DNA from: a virus
Taxonomy: Duplodnaviria > Caudoviricetes
IMG/VR virus record: IMGVR_UViG_3300025372_000030
Coordinates: 1-28,961 of that record
DNA length: 28,961 bases
Reading direction: 5' to 3' (one strand)
The translations under genes and the position numbers were made by a program. Positions 9,375 to 18,136 of the stretch are shown piece after piece. Every line of letters begins with the position of its first letter. Position 1 is the stretch's first letter. The notes under the pieces were generated by a model. The model saw only the letters and a program-made list of their open reading frames with translations. It did no database searches and was not told where the DNA came from.

Positions 9375-9759
9375 TAATAATACTCCAAAAAGATTTTGGT
9401 AGAATTATATTCTCTGGCACCTCCCTGAACATGGGCGCAATCTCTTTTGGCGTATATCCCGCTAATCCGCAGCCGATCTCCGTAACTAGAAATGTTAGAT
9501 AACTATAGTTTTTAGATTCCTCAATAAAAGCTTTTACATATTTTTCTATAGCATTTAGGCTCAGAGTTTTTATCATATGATTTTTTGTTGGTATTGCATA
9601 GGTTTGACCGGTTCTTCCAAAACCCTTACCAAATTCCGCTCCGAATAGTTTATTTGCTACCCTTGCGGCCCCGGCACCGTGAATCCCAGCTTCGTTACTC
9701 CCAAAAACAAAAACCTCATAAGGCCCTAATTTTGTAATATTGTCAGGAGTGAATCTCAT
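9364..9759 (-). CDS. Macrodomain-like phage protein (A1S_2505-type family)
   Basis: 'VFVFGSNEAGIHGAGAA', 'GQTYAIPT', 'FLVTEIGCGLAGY'. Confidence 0.8.
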   Translation of the reverse strand: MRFTPDNITKLGPYEVFVFGSNEAGIHGAGAARVANKLFGAEFGKGFGRTGQTYAIPTKNHMIKTLSLNAIEKYVKAFIEESKNYSYLTFLVTEIGCGLAGYTPKEIAPMFREVPENIILPKSFWSIINEK

Positions 9760-10022
9760 TTTATTACCTGTTTTAAAATTTCAATTAAAACTTCATTAAC
9801 AGAAACATCTTGTTCACAAGAACGCTTCACTAACATTTCTAAAACTTCCCTAGACCAGTCGGTCATATCTAATTCAAGATCAACATATTTTTCTAGCTTT
9901 ACACTACCATCGTCTTGAAGCTTAAAATCAAACTTATCCCCCTGTTTTATGTTAAGCTCTAATAGCTCATCTTCAGTAAAAGCGATCATCATATCGCCAG
10001 TTGGTTGTAACGCTTTTTTCAT
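9756..10022 (-). CDS. AbrB/MazE-like DNA-binding protein
   Basis: 'GDMMIAFTEDELLELNIKQGDKFDF...DGSVKLEK' swapped-hairpin pattern. Confidence 0.6.
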   Translation of the reverse strand: MKKALQPTGDMMIAFTEDELLELNIKQGDKFDFKLQDDGSVKLEKYVDLELDMTDWSREVLEMLVKRSCEQDVSVNEVLIEILKQVIK

Positions 10023-10198
10023 ATTTTATACCCCTTTTGAGTAATTAGTTCTGGATTCTCTTCTAATACTTTAGCTACAATACCAATTAATTCTTCTGGA
10101 GTAAAATGAGACTTTTCTTCAAACATATCGGCAATAAGGTTAACCTCCTTCATATACAAAGAGTACAACTTTTTTCTGTTTATTTTTATGTTTTTCAT
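10019..10198 (-). CDS. Small hypothetical protein (59 aa, not in ORF track)
   Basis: MKNIKINRKKLYSLYMKEVNLIADMFEEKSHFTPEELIGIVAKVLEENPELITQKGYKI*. ATGA overlaps with both neighbours. Confidence 0.75.
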   Translation of the reverse strand: MKNIKINRKKLYSLYMKEVNLIADMFEEKSHFTPEELIGIVAKVLEENPELITQKGYKI

Positions 10199-11058
10199 TT
10201 TTTATTTAATTGTTCGTAGATTTTATCATATGCGCCATGTTCAATACTATCAAGGAATTTTTTAGCCTGTTTTTCACGTTGCTGAAAATAAAAATTAGGA
10301 TAATCGGTGCTTAATATATTATAGCCACCATTAGGAAATATTTCTATAACCTGAGATAGTCCGCAGTCAATATTAATATTAACCGCAGTTCCTTCTTCAT
10401 CAATTTCTATACCACCATTTCCCTCTATTGTTGTCGGCGTGTGTCCGAATACCTGTTTGATCTTAGGTATGAGTCTTGCCTCCCTAAAATAATCACACCA
10501 AAGTATTCCACCAGCCTTACTATTACCACCACGGCAATAGCCAGCAGCGCCAATAATATCGTTCCAAACCCTGTTATGGTAATCACAGGTGGCTTTATCC
10601 AGTTTCTCTTTGACATAATCTATATCCGTGCCTCTTACGGGGCACTCGAACCAGTGCGGGTGAATTCCCGCATGCGTAAAAAGGAAACCATACTCAAAAT
10701 GGTATAGTTTAATCTTGTCCCAGTCCTTACTAGTAAGCACACGGTTAACAGCATCGTCTTTCTGGATGCTATATCCTGAGCAGTTATAAATATTTTGTGG
10801 GCTACCAAAAGTATCGGAACGATAGTTCAAATAAGAATAGTTAATATCGTGATTGCCCATCAAATGAATACGATTTGGCTTCTCTAGAGAAGACTTTAAC
10901 CAACGGGCGGTCTGATCGGCATCAACAGCCGTATCACCAAAATCATCAAAATAATCGCCAACAAAAATAATAGTATGCGTACTATCATACTTTGATGCAA
11001 TCGCCTCGGCCTCCGCCCAGTGATTGTGTATGTCACTTATGACTATGATTTTCTTCAT
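10195..11058 (-). CDS. Calcineurin-like metallophosphoesterase
   Basis: Motifs DIH, GDYFD, GNHD, HAG, GHT. Start reassigned to ATG 11058 (MKKIIVISDIH). Confidence 0.9.
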   Translation of the reverse strand: MKKIIVISDIHNHWAEAEAIASKYDSTHTIIFVGDYFDDFGDTAVDADQTARWLKSSLEKPNRIHLMGNHDINYSYLNYRSDTFGSPQNIYNCSGYSIQKDDAVNRVLTSKDWDKIKLYHFEYGFLFTHAGIHPHWFECPVRGTDIDYVKEKLDKATCDYHNRVWNDIIGAAGYCRGGNSKAGGILWCDYFREARLIPKIKQVFGHTPTTIEGNGGIEIDEEGTAVNINIDCGLSQVIEIFPNGGYNILSTDYPNFYFQQREKQAKKFLDSIEHGAYDKIYEQLNKK

Positions 11059-11093
11059 TTGAATATTATCTTTAATTTTTACATGAAAGTCAA
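11059..11093 (-). promoter_or_regulatory. Sigma70-type promoter for a leaderless transcript
   Basis: TTGACT-N17-GATAAT-N6-ATG(11058) on the minus strand. Confidence 0.7.
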
Positions 11094-11146
11094 ATACAAA
11101 TAAAAGTTTGACCAAACAGTCAAATAATTGTAAATTATAATGACAT

Positions 11147-11734
11147 ATGGATCATTTAAGAAAAGAAACTGTTCTTATTCTCAATAGAAACTGGCAAGCA
11201 ATACATGTTAAAAGCCCATTAGAGGCAATGACTATGATGTACTCGGATACAGCCACCGCCCTAGACATTCGTGGTGAAGACCGCATGACCCCATTAAAGT
11301 GGCAAGACTGGATAAAGCTTCCCGTAGAAGACGAAAAAGATGACTTCATTCAAACGGTAAGGGGTAATATAAAAATCCCAAAAGTTTTAGTTCTTTGCAA
11401 CTATAATAAGGTTCCTAAGAAACGCCCTAAATTTTCACCAAAAGCAGTTTGGGACAGAGACGAAGGTATCTGTCAGTATACTGGCAAGAAGCTTACGCCC
11501 CAAGAAGCAAATATCGATCACGTTATCCCGCGCTCTCGCGGCGGCAAAACCGATTGGAGTAATTGCGTGTTAACACATAAAGAAGTTAATGCTAAAAAAG
11601 CAGACCGTACTCCAGAAGAGGCAGGTTTAAAATTAATTAAAAAACCACAGGATCCGAAAGAACTTCCCTCTACTTTTTATATCCGAAATAAACATAACGT
11701 AAGAGAGTGGGATATGTTTTTAAATTTGAATTGA
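11147..11734 (+). CDS. HNH endonuclease
   Basis: 'VLILNRNWQAI', 'RDEGICQYTG', 'NIDHVIPRSRGGKTDWSNCV...VNAKKADRTPEEAGL.L'. Confidence 0.9.
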   Translation: MDHLRKETVLILNRNWQAIHVKSPLEAMTMMYSDTATALDIRGEDRMTPLKWQDWIKLPVEDEKDDFIQTVRGNIKIPKVLVLCNYNKVPKKRPKFSPKAVWDRDEGICQYTGKKLTPQEANIDHVIPRSRGGKTDWSNCVLTHKEVNAKKADRTPEEAGLKLIKKPQDPKELPSTFYIRNKHNVREWDMFLNLN

Positions 11735-11765
11735 CATTTGGTAAAATAAGAACCATCATAATCTA
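11731..11765 (+). promoter_or_regulatory. Sigma70-type promoter for a leaderless transcript
   Basis: TTGACA-N17-CATCAT-N6-ATG(11766). Confidence 0.65.
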
Positions 11766-12515
11766 ATGGACTCAAATTCTATTAGAAAGCTTACGGCTAG
11801 ACTAGATGGCTCTAAATTTTTATCCTATGTAAATGTGCATAGCGTACAAGATTATTTTAACCTACCCAAACAAGAACGTGAACGCTTTGGTCTCTACAGA
11901 AAGCCATTTGCACTTCCCTGTGAATGGCTACAAACACGTACTGGCGCAAAAATCGGCACCATCAAGCCAGAGATGCAAGGATGGGCAACTTGGGAGGCAG
12001 AGATTCGTCGCCGCTATCCAGCGCAATGGTTCTTGCGTGAGTGGTGCTTTAGTTGGGAGAATCCGGTTTACGCATTTTGTAAGAGCATATATTACAGCTA
12101 TAGAGAAAAGAAGTATGCAGTAAAACGTTTTATTAATCCTTTTTACCCACGCTTTCGCAAGAGCATGCCAAGGCACCAGTATAGTGATGTATGTGAAGTT
12201 TTAAGAAAGGCTAATTTTGCGCTACTACTTGATTTTTGGTATGATGAAATGCTAGATGGTCACGTAGACTGGAACGATAATCCCAAACATAAAAATTTCT
12301 TTAATAAAGTCAAAGCGGCAATTAAGTATATTGAAGTTGAGCGCCCAGCCCTAGAGGACAAGGCAGATAAGGCACTCACAGTTGCTACCCAAAAAAGAAG
12401 CGGCACTTTCGAGCAACGGTATGGAAAGCACGACGCACTAGAGAAAAAGATCACCGAAAAAGATACTCAACTCCTAGTTTGGATAATGCAGAACCGCGAA
12501 ATGTTTTGGACATGA
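11766..12515 (+). CDS. Hypothetical protein
   Basis: 249-aa ORF, Trp-rich, translationally coupled to the next gene. Confidence 0.75.
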   Translation: MDSNSIRKLTARLDGSKFLSYVNVHSVQDYFNLPKQERERFGLYRKPFALPCEWLQTRTGAKIGTIKPEMQGWATWEAEIRRRYPAQWFLREWCFSWENPVYAFCKSIYYSYREKKYAVKRFINPFYPRFRKSMPRHQYSDVCEVLRKANFALLLDFWYDEMLDGHVDWNDNPKHKNFFNKVKAAIKYIEVERPALEDKADKALTVATQKRSGTFEQRYGKHDALEKKITEKDTQLLVWIMQNREMFWT

Positions 12516-13504
12516 GTAAAATTCTAATCATAGAGTCTACTAGCAAAACTAAACCTCTTGCCGAGGACTATAGTGATACGAGTATTGTTCACTGTCGTAA
12601 TTCGGTTATATTAAAGAATTATTTAGGAGCAGACCTGCTTGATGGTGAGTATAAATTGCATGAGATAGTCAATAATAAATATGATGTTATTATTTGTTGT
12701 TATGCCTCGCCATACATGCCGCATATTCCTTATAGAAAAATTATAGACAACAATCCCGGCGCGCGTCTTGTATGGCTTGTGAATGATCATGATCTAGAGG
12801 ACAACCAACTCTTACGTTACGCTATTTCTCAAGGCCGAACCTATGACATGATCTGCAATAACCCAAGAGAAGGTTATCGCCATTGGATCTTAGGAAAGAA
12901 TATCGAAGGTAAGAAGTTAAATGACTTTATTATTAATTGGCATACTACCAATTTGAACTCTCTTATTTTTAGAGATACGAGACATGTACCAGCACGAGAC
13001 AATAAAAATGGTTTTATATATTATGGAACCTATAGAAAGCACCGCGCCGATGATTTTAAAGTATATTTAAAGAAGGGCATGACAGTTTCCAGTAGTATAA
13101 AGCACTGGAAGAAGTACGAGGCATTGGGTTGTGATCCAGAGTTTATTCGCCCACTGACTTGGCAGAAAGACAATGAAGATCTTAGAAACTATAAATATAG
13201 CCTATATCTCGAAGACAAGCATACCCATGATAACTATGCATTCCTAGCCAATCGTGTTTATGAGGCATTAATGTGCGATATTGTTACACTATTTGCGCCC
13301 AATACTAGAGAGACACTAAAGAAGTCTAATCTATTTGACTTGCTTCCAGTTGTACTGCCAGAAAACTGTTATGGAGATGAACTTATAGAGCATGTTAATT
13401 CGCTAGATTTTGATTACCTAAGAAACGTACAGAAAAAATACTTTGATAATATTCTTGGTGAACGCGAGATGGTTCTCTATGGAATTAAAGAGTTCCTAAA
13501 ATAA
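12512..13504 (+). CDS. GT-B glycosyltransferase resembling T4 DNA beta-glucosyltransferase
   Basis: Collinear motif matches to T4 BGT as recalled: WLVNDHDL~YLFTDIRL, FIYYGTYRKHR~VIYGGSFRSGQR, EDKHTHDNYAFLANRVYEALMCD~GDKNYNDNFITLRVWETMASD, ELIEHVNSL~ELIDRVNEL. ATG 12512. Confidence 0.7.
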   Translation: MSKILIIESTSKTKPLAEDYSDTSIVHCRNSVILKNYLGADLLDGEYKLHEIVNNKYDVIICCYASPYMPHIPYRKIIDNNPGARLVWLVNDHDLEDNQLLRYAISQGRTYDMICNNPREGYRHWILGKNIEGKKLNDFIINWHTTNLNSLIFRDTRHVPARDNKNGFIYYGTYRKHRADDFKVYLKKGMTVSSSIKHWKKYEALGCDPEFIRPLTWQKDNEDLRNYKYSLYLEDKHTHDNYAFLANRVYEALMCDIVTLFAPNTRETLKKSNLFDLLPVVLPENCYGDELIEHVNSLDFDYLRNVQKKYFDNILGEREMVLYGIKEFLK

Positions 13505-13505
13505 G

Positions 13506-13537
13506 AAAAACCGTATGGGGATTACTCTCCCATACGG
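13506..13537 (-). terminator. Intrinsic terminator between convergent genes
   Basis: Stem CCGTATGGG (13511-13519) / CCCATACGG (13529-13537). U-tract on the minus strand (13506-13510). Confidence 0.75.
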
Positions 13538-13560
13538 CTATTAGTTTACCTTTACTAATA

Positions 13561-13755
13561 TTACTGCTTGAAACGAACGTTAAATACTGCCGAACCATCT
13601 GGGGCAATATTTAGGTTAATCGCAGCAACATTTGTCCAATTCTCGTCACCGGGAAGGGTAACGACAGGCGTTAGTGCTGCAACGATACCAGCAACATCTG
13701 CTGGTTCTAGCTTTGCACTTGCCATCTTGGGCGGTTGTGTTAGCGTAATAGCCAT
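13561..13755 (-). CDS. Small hypothetical protein (64 aa)
   Basis: Ala/Pro/Val-rich ORF ending just before the terminator. Confidence 0.7.
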   Translation of the reverse strand: MAITLTQPPKMASAKLEPADVAGIVAALTPVVTLPGDENWTNVAAINLNIAPDGSAVFNVRFKQ

Positions 13756-13925
13756 ATTTTATTTTGTCTAGTTTTTCTACAGTTGGACTCTTCTGGTAAT
13801 TTATCATTTGCAGGCCCTACTTCTAGCGACACTTGTCATTCGAGTTCGGGTTTATTACTCGTGATAAAGATACTATATATTTACACCCAAGAAATCCAAA
13901 AATGATTTTAAACTAATTTAATTAT

Positions 13926-16793
13926 TTAAAATTGAATTGTTGGTGGAAGACCCATTAACTGGGATAATTGAAACTGACCATTAAATGCCGGAGATATTGG
14001 CAAGCCGGGCGCAATAAAGTTCGGAATAAACATACCTGACGATGGAGGTATTACAGTATAACAAAGGGGCTGTTTTGTAAATGGGAATGCATTTCCAGAT
14101 CCATTATAATATAAGTTACAAACCTCATTTGCATTTAACTCTCTATTCCAGAAACCCATCTCATCAACGGTGGCGGATATTGTATACATACCACTATACC
14201 CTTCACCCAAGAAATCTGAAAGAGATAGTCCAGAAAAACTATTATCTGATGGGTCTGTAATTGAACCTGCGAAATTATTATTAATATATAAATTTAATCC
14301 AGTAGGTGATACATTTACAGTTGAATAATACCATTCACCAGTATTAGGAATAATACTAGTATACACTCCTTGACCATAACTATAAAGCGCTATACCATTT
14401 GTTCCGTTTAGATACAATGTAGTATCCCCATAACCTCCACCTCCAAGCCCCCAAATAGCCTGAGGATAATTGTCGCTATATATATTATCAAATTTAAACC
14501 AGCAAGAAATTGACCAAGTTTGTTCGCCACTGATATTTAAGTTATTAACAAAACTACCAGAACCATCCGCAAAGAATACACCACTATTTGCTATTCCAGA
14601 ATTGTATCCATAACCGCTATACCCGCTAAGATTATAGCCATGTAGAGTATGATCGACTAGATTATTATCAAAGTTCCAATAGGCAACAAGACCAGAACCC
14701 AAGCTACCACTAGCAGATGGACAGCATTGCCCATTTATAGCAAAATCAGGTACGCATTGCGGTACACTATACGCTATACCGCTCCAATTAGTAACATTTG
14801 TTTCTGTATTACTACTATACGCAACCGATAATATTCCGTCGCCGCCACCCTGACCATATTGAATTCTTATTGGGTAATATTCACCACTATTAAGAGATAT
14901 TGGGTCACTAGATGAGGCTTGGTTACCATGACTTCCACCATTATTTACTAGTGCATTGTTAAGATCATACCCAGTTAAAGCATTCGCTCCTAGCCATAAG
15001 TAACTAGCGTCGTCACTCCAAGTTGAGAAAGAGAAATCATCAGTATATGGCGCACGGAAGCGACCAACAAACTGCCAACTATATTGTTGCAATGCATCGC
15101 TACCATTAAACTGCGTGAAGTCTGCAGGATTTAAATTCTGTATGATATTATCACCATTAACATAGAAATTCCTAATTTCAGTTGTGGTATAAGTTTGTGT
15201 TTTGTATTCGGGGTGTAGATTAAAGAACTGCGGATTCTCGGCATTTGGGCCATCACTAAACGATGCGGAACTGTCGCCGCCATTATAATACATCTGACCA
15301 AAAAGTCCGTCTACAAGTGGCAAGTCTAATTCTAATTCATTAATTGGTGAATAAGGATTGCCAGCACAATCAAGTACTGCATCACCATAACAAATACCTA
15401 GCGTGTCACGAGTGTACATGCACCCATAAATATCCTCTCCACAGGCTGTTGGATCATTACACGTTCCATACGAACCATCACATAAAGCCCTTCCGAAACT
15501 GTCAGTACCTATAGCGCTATGACAGCAAGAATTTCCAAAATAGTCAGAATCAGCATAGTCGCCACAAGTGCCGCCACAGCAGCCACTATAACAACCCATA
15601 CCTACAGTAACACAATTTCCACAGTCATCGTTTTCGGTGTTACAACCACAACTATTAGAACAAGTGCAGTTACCACCGCAATCATGACAACCATCCGATG
15701 GATATGTACATTCACTATAACCAAAAGAATTTGAATCATAGTTACATGCGCCACTATCATTACAATCTACATACCAGCAGCTATTACAATCACTATGATA
15801 GTTTCTTGCGCCCGAATCATTACAACCATACGAACATTCACTCGCGCCAAAAGAGTTTGAATCGTAGTTACAAGCGGAGGAAATATTACAGTCTACATAC
15901 CAGCAGCTATTACAATCACTATGATAGTTTCTTGCGCCCGGAGCATTACACGCCCAAGAGCATTCACTAGTACCGAAAGAGTTTGAATCGTAGTTACAAG
16001 CAGAGGAAATGTTACAATCTGTATACCAGCAACTGTTGCAGCTATCATGGTGGTTTCTTGCGCCACTATCATTACATCCCCATGAGCATTCACTTGATCC
16101 ATAAGAGAGTGAATCGTAGTTACAAGCAGAAGAGTCATTACAGTCTACATACCAGCAAAAATTGCAGCCATCATGGTAGTTTCTTGCGCCCGCATCAGTA
16201 CAACTCCAATAACAACTTCCATCATCACATGTTGCTCCGGAATTATAACCGCAAGCCGATGCGTCTGTACACCCAAAAACGCTATAAATTGTACAATTAG
16301 TATTAGCACAATCTCCACAATACGATGTACAGCCACCATCACAGTTGCCACAGGAATCTGGATATGTATAGATTCCTCGATCCCAACCACAAGTATCATG
16401 GTTTATATAAAAATCATTCTGACAAACGCATGAGCCACCAACACCATCAAGATAACTACAAGCTCCAAGTATATATTCATTAGCGCTGTCGTTATATCCA
16501 GCACCTATACCACAAGCATATATGTCTGTACATTTACCGTTTCCTATTACATTTAGTGTTAAATTTTCACTATAGTAGATATTACCTGTAGAGGACCTAC
16601 TATCACCAATCCAAAAATATAAATTATTACAATCAAGTGCACCAGTAGTTATATCACTTAACACATAAACATTATCACTTGTCGTAGGAAAGCTAGTGGC
16701 TTGAACAGTAAATGCGCCATCTATCCACCAATTTTCTAATGTAGAGGCATCATTATTACTTGTGGATATGTTATTAAAATAAAAGTTAGCCAT
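13926..16793 (-). CDS. Large Cys-rich repeat protein with PA14/GLEYA-like and LamG/ConA-like lectin domains (putative fibre/adhesin)
   Basis: GCTDxxACxYNxxATxDDGSC-type repeats. PA14-like 'GRFRAPYT..FSF...SDDASYLWLG...NNGG.HG...L.SGEYYPIRIQYG'. LamG-like 'GLVAYWNFDNN...SISCWFK...WY...LYINN...DEMGFWNREL'. Confidence 0.85.
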   Translation of the reverse strand: MANFYFNNISTSNNDASTLENWWIDGAFTVQATSFPTTSDNVYVLSDITTGALDCNNLYFWIGDSRSSTGNIYYSENLTLNVIGNGKCTDIYACGIGAGYNDSANEYILGACSYLDGVGGSCVCQNDFYINHDTCGWDRGIYTYPDSCGNCDGGCTSYCGDCANTNCTIYSVFGCTDASACGYNSGATCDDGSCYWSCTDAGARNYHDGCNFCWYVDCNDSSACNYDSLSYGSSECSWGCNDSGARNHHDSCNSCWYTDCNISSACNYDSNSFGTSECSWACNAPGARNYHSDCNSCWYVDCNISSACNYDSNSFGASECSYGCNDSGARNYHSDCNSCWYVDCNDSGACNYDSNSFGYSECTYPSDGCHDCGGNCTCSNSCGCNTENDDCGNCVTVGMGCYSGCCGGTCGDYADSDYFGNSCCHSAIGTDSFGRALCDGSYGTCNDPTACGEDIYGCMYTRDTLGICYGDAVLDCAGNPYSPINELELDLPLVDGLFGQMYYNGGDSSASFSDGPNAENPQFFNLHPEYKTQTYTTTEIRNFYVNGDNIIQNLNPADFTQFNGSDALQQYSWQFVGRFRAPYTDDFSFSTWSDDASYLWLGANALTGYDLNNALVNNGGSHGNQASSSDPISLNSGEYYPIRIQYGQGGGDGILSVAYSSNTETNVTNWSGIAYSVPQCVPDFAINGQCCPSASGSLGSGLVAYWNFDNNLVDHTLHGYNLSGYSGYGYNSGIANSGVFFADGSGSFVNNLNISGEQTWSISCWFKFDNIYSDNYPQAIWGLGGGGYGDTTLYLNGTNGIALYSYGQGVYTSIIPNTGEWYYSTVNVSPTGLNLYINNNFAGSITDPSDNSFSGLSLSDFLGEGYSGMYTISATVDEMGFWNRELNANEVCNLYYNGSGNAFPFTKQPLCYTVIPPSSGMFIPNFIAPGLPISPAFNGQFQLSQLMGLPPTIQF
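15699..16202 (-). repeat. Four tandem 126-bp (42-aa) Cys-rich coding repeats
   Basis: GTTTCTTGCGCC recurs at 15801, 15927, 16053 and 16179. Unit CxxxGARNxHxxCNxCWYxDCNxSxACNYDSxSxGxSECxxx. Confidence 0.9.
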
Positions 16794-16852
16794 TACGTAA
16801 CTTCTCCTTTATAAAATCTACCGAATGTTTACATACTAACATAGTTTTTAAA

Positions 16853-17173
16853 TTATAATCTCTGTACGGAATAAAACTTGCCGTTTCCATCATAAGAAAC
16901 ATTCCAAGTAGCAAGTACTCCGCTATTCTGATCTAAAAGAATGGTTTGAGTAACATTATTACTGCCATTGAAAGTCTGGTTAAAATATCCCACAATCTGC
17001 TCTTGGTAATAAATACCTATCTCTAGCGGATTACCGGCACCATCCGTATTATTTACCTGCAAAGTATCATAGCGTGGAATTGGGCTGATATTGGTTATCT
17101 GCTCTTGCAAAACTCCGCTCACCCCATACATGATCGGGTCAACCTCTATTTTTTCCATCATATTATTGATCAT
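16853..17173 (-). CDS. Hypothetical protein, probably structural
   Basis: N/Q/G/Y-rich beta-strand pattern. GTGTAA motif 11 nt upstream. Lies upstream of the adhesin-like gene on the same strand. Confidence 0.65.
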   Translation of the reverse strand: MINNMMEKIEVDPIMYGVSGVLQEQITNISPIPRYDTLQVNNTDGAGNPLEIGIYYQEQIVGYFNQTFNGSNNVTQTILLDQNSGVLATWNVSYDGNGKFYSVQRL

Positions 17174-17243
17174 AACCCCTGTTATTACACTAGAATAATA
17201 TTAAAATTAATTTTTAATTGATAATAAATTTTAAAAAAAACTC

Positions 17244-17278
17244 TTGCCAAACTATAAAAATAGTATGAAGATAAGAGT
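17244..17278 (+). promoter_or_regulatory. Sigma70-type promoter for a leaderless transcript
   Basis: TTGCCA-N17-GAAGAT-N6-ATG(17279). Confidence 0.6.
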
Positions 17279-17803
17279 ATGAGCACAACTACAAACAGTA
17301 AAACATACAAGCTGGGATGGCTGGAAGGTGGAGACCGTTTTGATATTCCATCTCTTTCAGATACTATGCGCAATCTTAAGGTTATCTCTACAAATGCCTC
17401 TAGTACAAATGTAGAAGGGGAGCGTCGTAATAGTATTAATGACGTATGGCAGCATTTTCGTTTTCCAATTTCTAACGATGTAACAGTGACATTACTTGAG
17501 AAGGGTGCTCCAATCGTTAAAACAGAGAAACCGAATAAAAAATCTATGAACACACAAGAACATGATACCGAGGCAGAGACGCCCCGGCGCAGGGGTCGCC
17601 CTTCCAAGCAGGGCAAGTCACTGAATGAGCTAGCTGGAGTCAGCGGCGAGTTCACCGTCAAGGACATCGTTGAGAAGAACGATATCAAGGAGTACGAGGC
17701 ACACAACCTAGTCCGTAGCGCAGTCAAGAGTGGCAAGCTACAGGTTGTCAAGGAGATCAGTGGCGGTCGCGGAAAGCCAAAGAAGGTCTACCGTTTGGCC
17801 TAA
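17279..17803 (+). CDS. Putative DNA-binding protein (AT-hook + winged-helix-like C-terminus)
   Basis: PRRRGRPSK AT-hook. 'FTVKDI...' helix region and wing 'GGRGKPKKVYRL'. Confidence 0.7.
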   Translation: MSTTTNSKTYKLGWLEGGDRFDIPSLSDTMRNLKVISTNASSTNVEGERRNSINDVWQHFRFPISNDVTVTLLEKGAPIVKTEKPNKKSMNTQEHDTEAETPRRRGRPSKQGKSLNELAGVSGEFTVKDIVEKNDIKEYEAHNLVRSAVKSGKLQVVKEISGGRGKPKKVYRLA

Positions 17804-17811
17804 GATAACAC

Positions 17812-17841
17812 AACGGGGGCTTCGGCCCCCGTTTTACTTTT
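17812..17841 (+). terminator. Intrinsic terminator with UUCG tetraloop
   Basis: AACGGGGGC-TTCG-GCCCCCGTT followed by TTACTTTT. Confidence 0.9.
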
Positions 17842-17849
17842 CACACAAA

Positions 17850-18050
17850 ATGGACAAAACACACGGAGATGAAGTATCTAGAGATGATTTCTTGCATCTG
17901 AAGGCGCATCGTGATTTTAATGTTCTTCTAGTTAAAGAATTAGAGACTTGGATAAAGTCAATGTATCTAGTTCCAGAAGAATTTGAGTTTCAACGCAAAA
18001 AGATCTATAATAAAGTTAAGGAGCAGATCTTACAAGAGTCTGGATGGTAA
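17850..18050 (+). CDS. Hypothetical protein (66 aa)
   Basis: ATG 17850 downstream of the terminator. The longer tracked ORF would run through the terminator. Confidence 0.6.
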   Translation: MDKTHGDEVSRDDFLHLKAHRDFNVLLVKELETWIKSMYLVPEEFEFQRKKIYNKVKEQILQESGW

Positions 18051-18057
18051 AATTTAT

Positions 18058-18128
18058 TTTCCTGTAGTGAAATGGTATCACCTGTTGTTTTGGCCAACAT
18101 ATTCTACGTTCAAATCGTAGCGGGAAAG
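18058..18128 (+). tRNA. tRNA-Gln (TTG)
   Basis: Acceptor TTTCCTG/CGGGAAA, D arm GTGA/TCAC, anticodon arm TGTTG-TTTTGGC-CAACA, T arm CTACG-TTCAAAT-CGTAG. No encoded CCA. Confidence 0.85.
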
Positions 18129-18136
18129 TTTTTAAT

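Noticed and set aside
11147-11734. HNH gene as intron- or intein-encoded element
   Set aside because: It is free-standing between intact genes, with no interrupted host gene or intron core visible.
15699-16202. Repeats as a CRISPR array or DGR template/variable pair
   Set aside because: The units are contiguous, in-frame 126-bp coding repeats with no unique spacers. Differences are not confined to adenines, and no reverse transcriptase or cas gene is in the window.
17185-17751. 188-aa minus-strand ORF and other antisense ORFs (e.g. 5033-5344, 22893-23279, 15519-16433 plus-strand ORFs)
   Set aside because: They are antisense to well-supported genes and carry no recognisable motifs.
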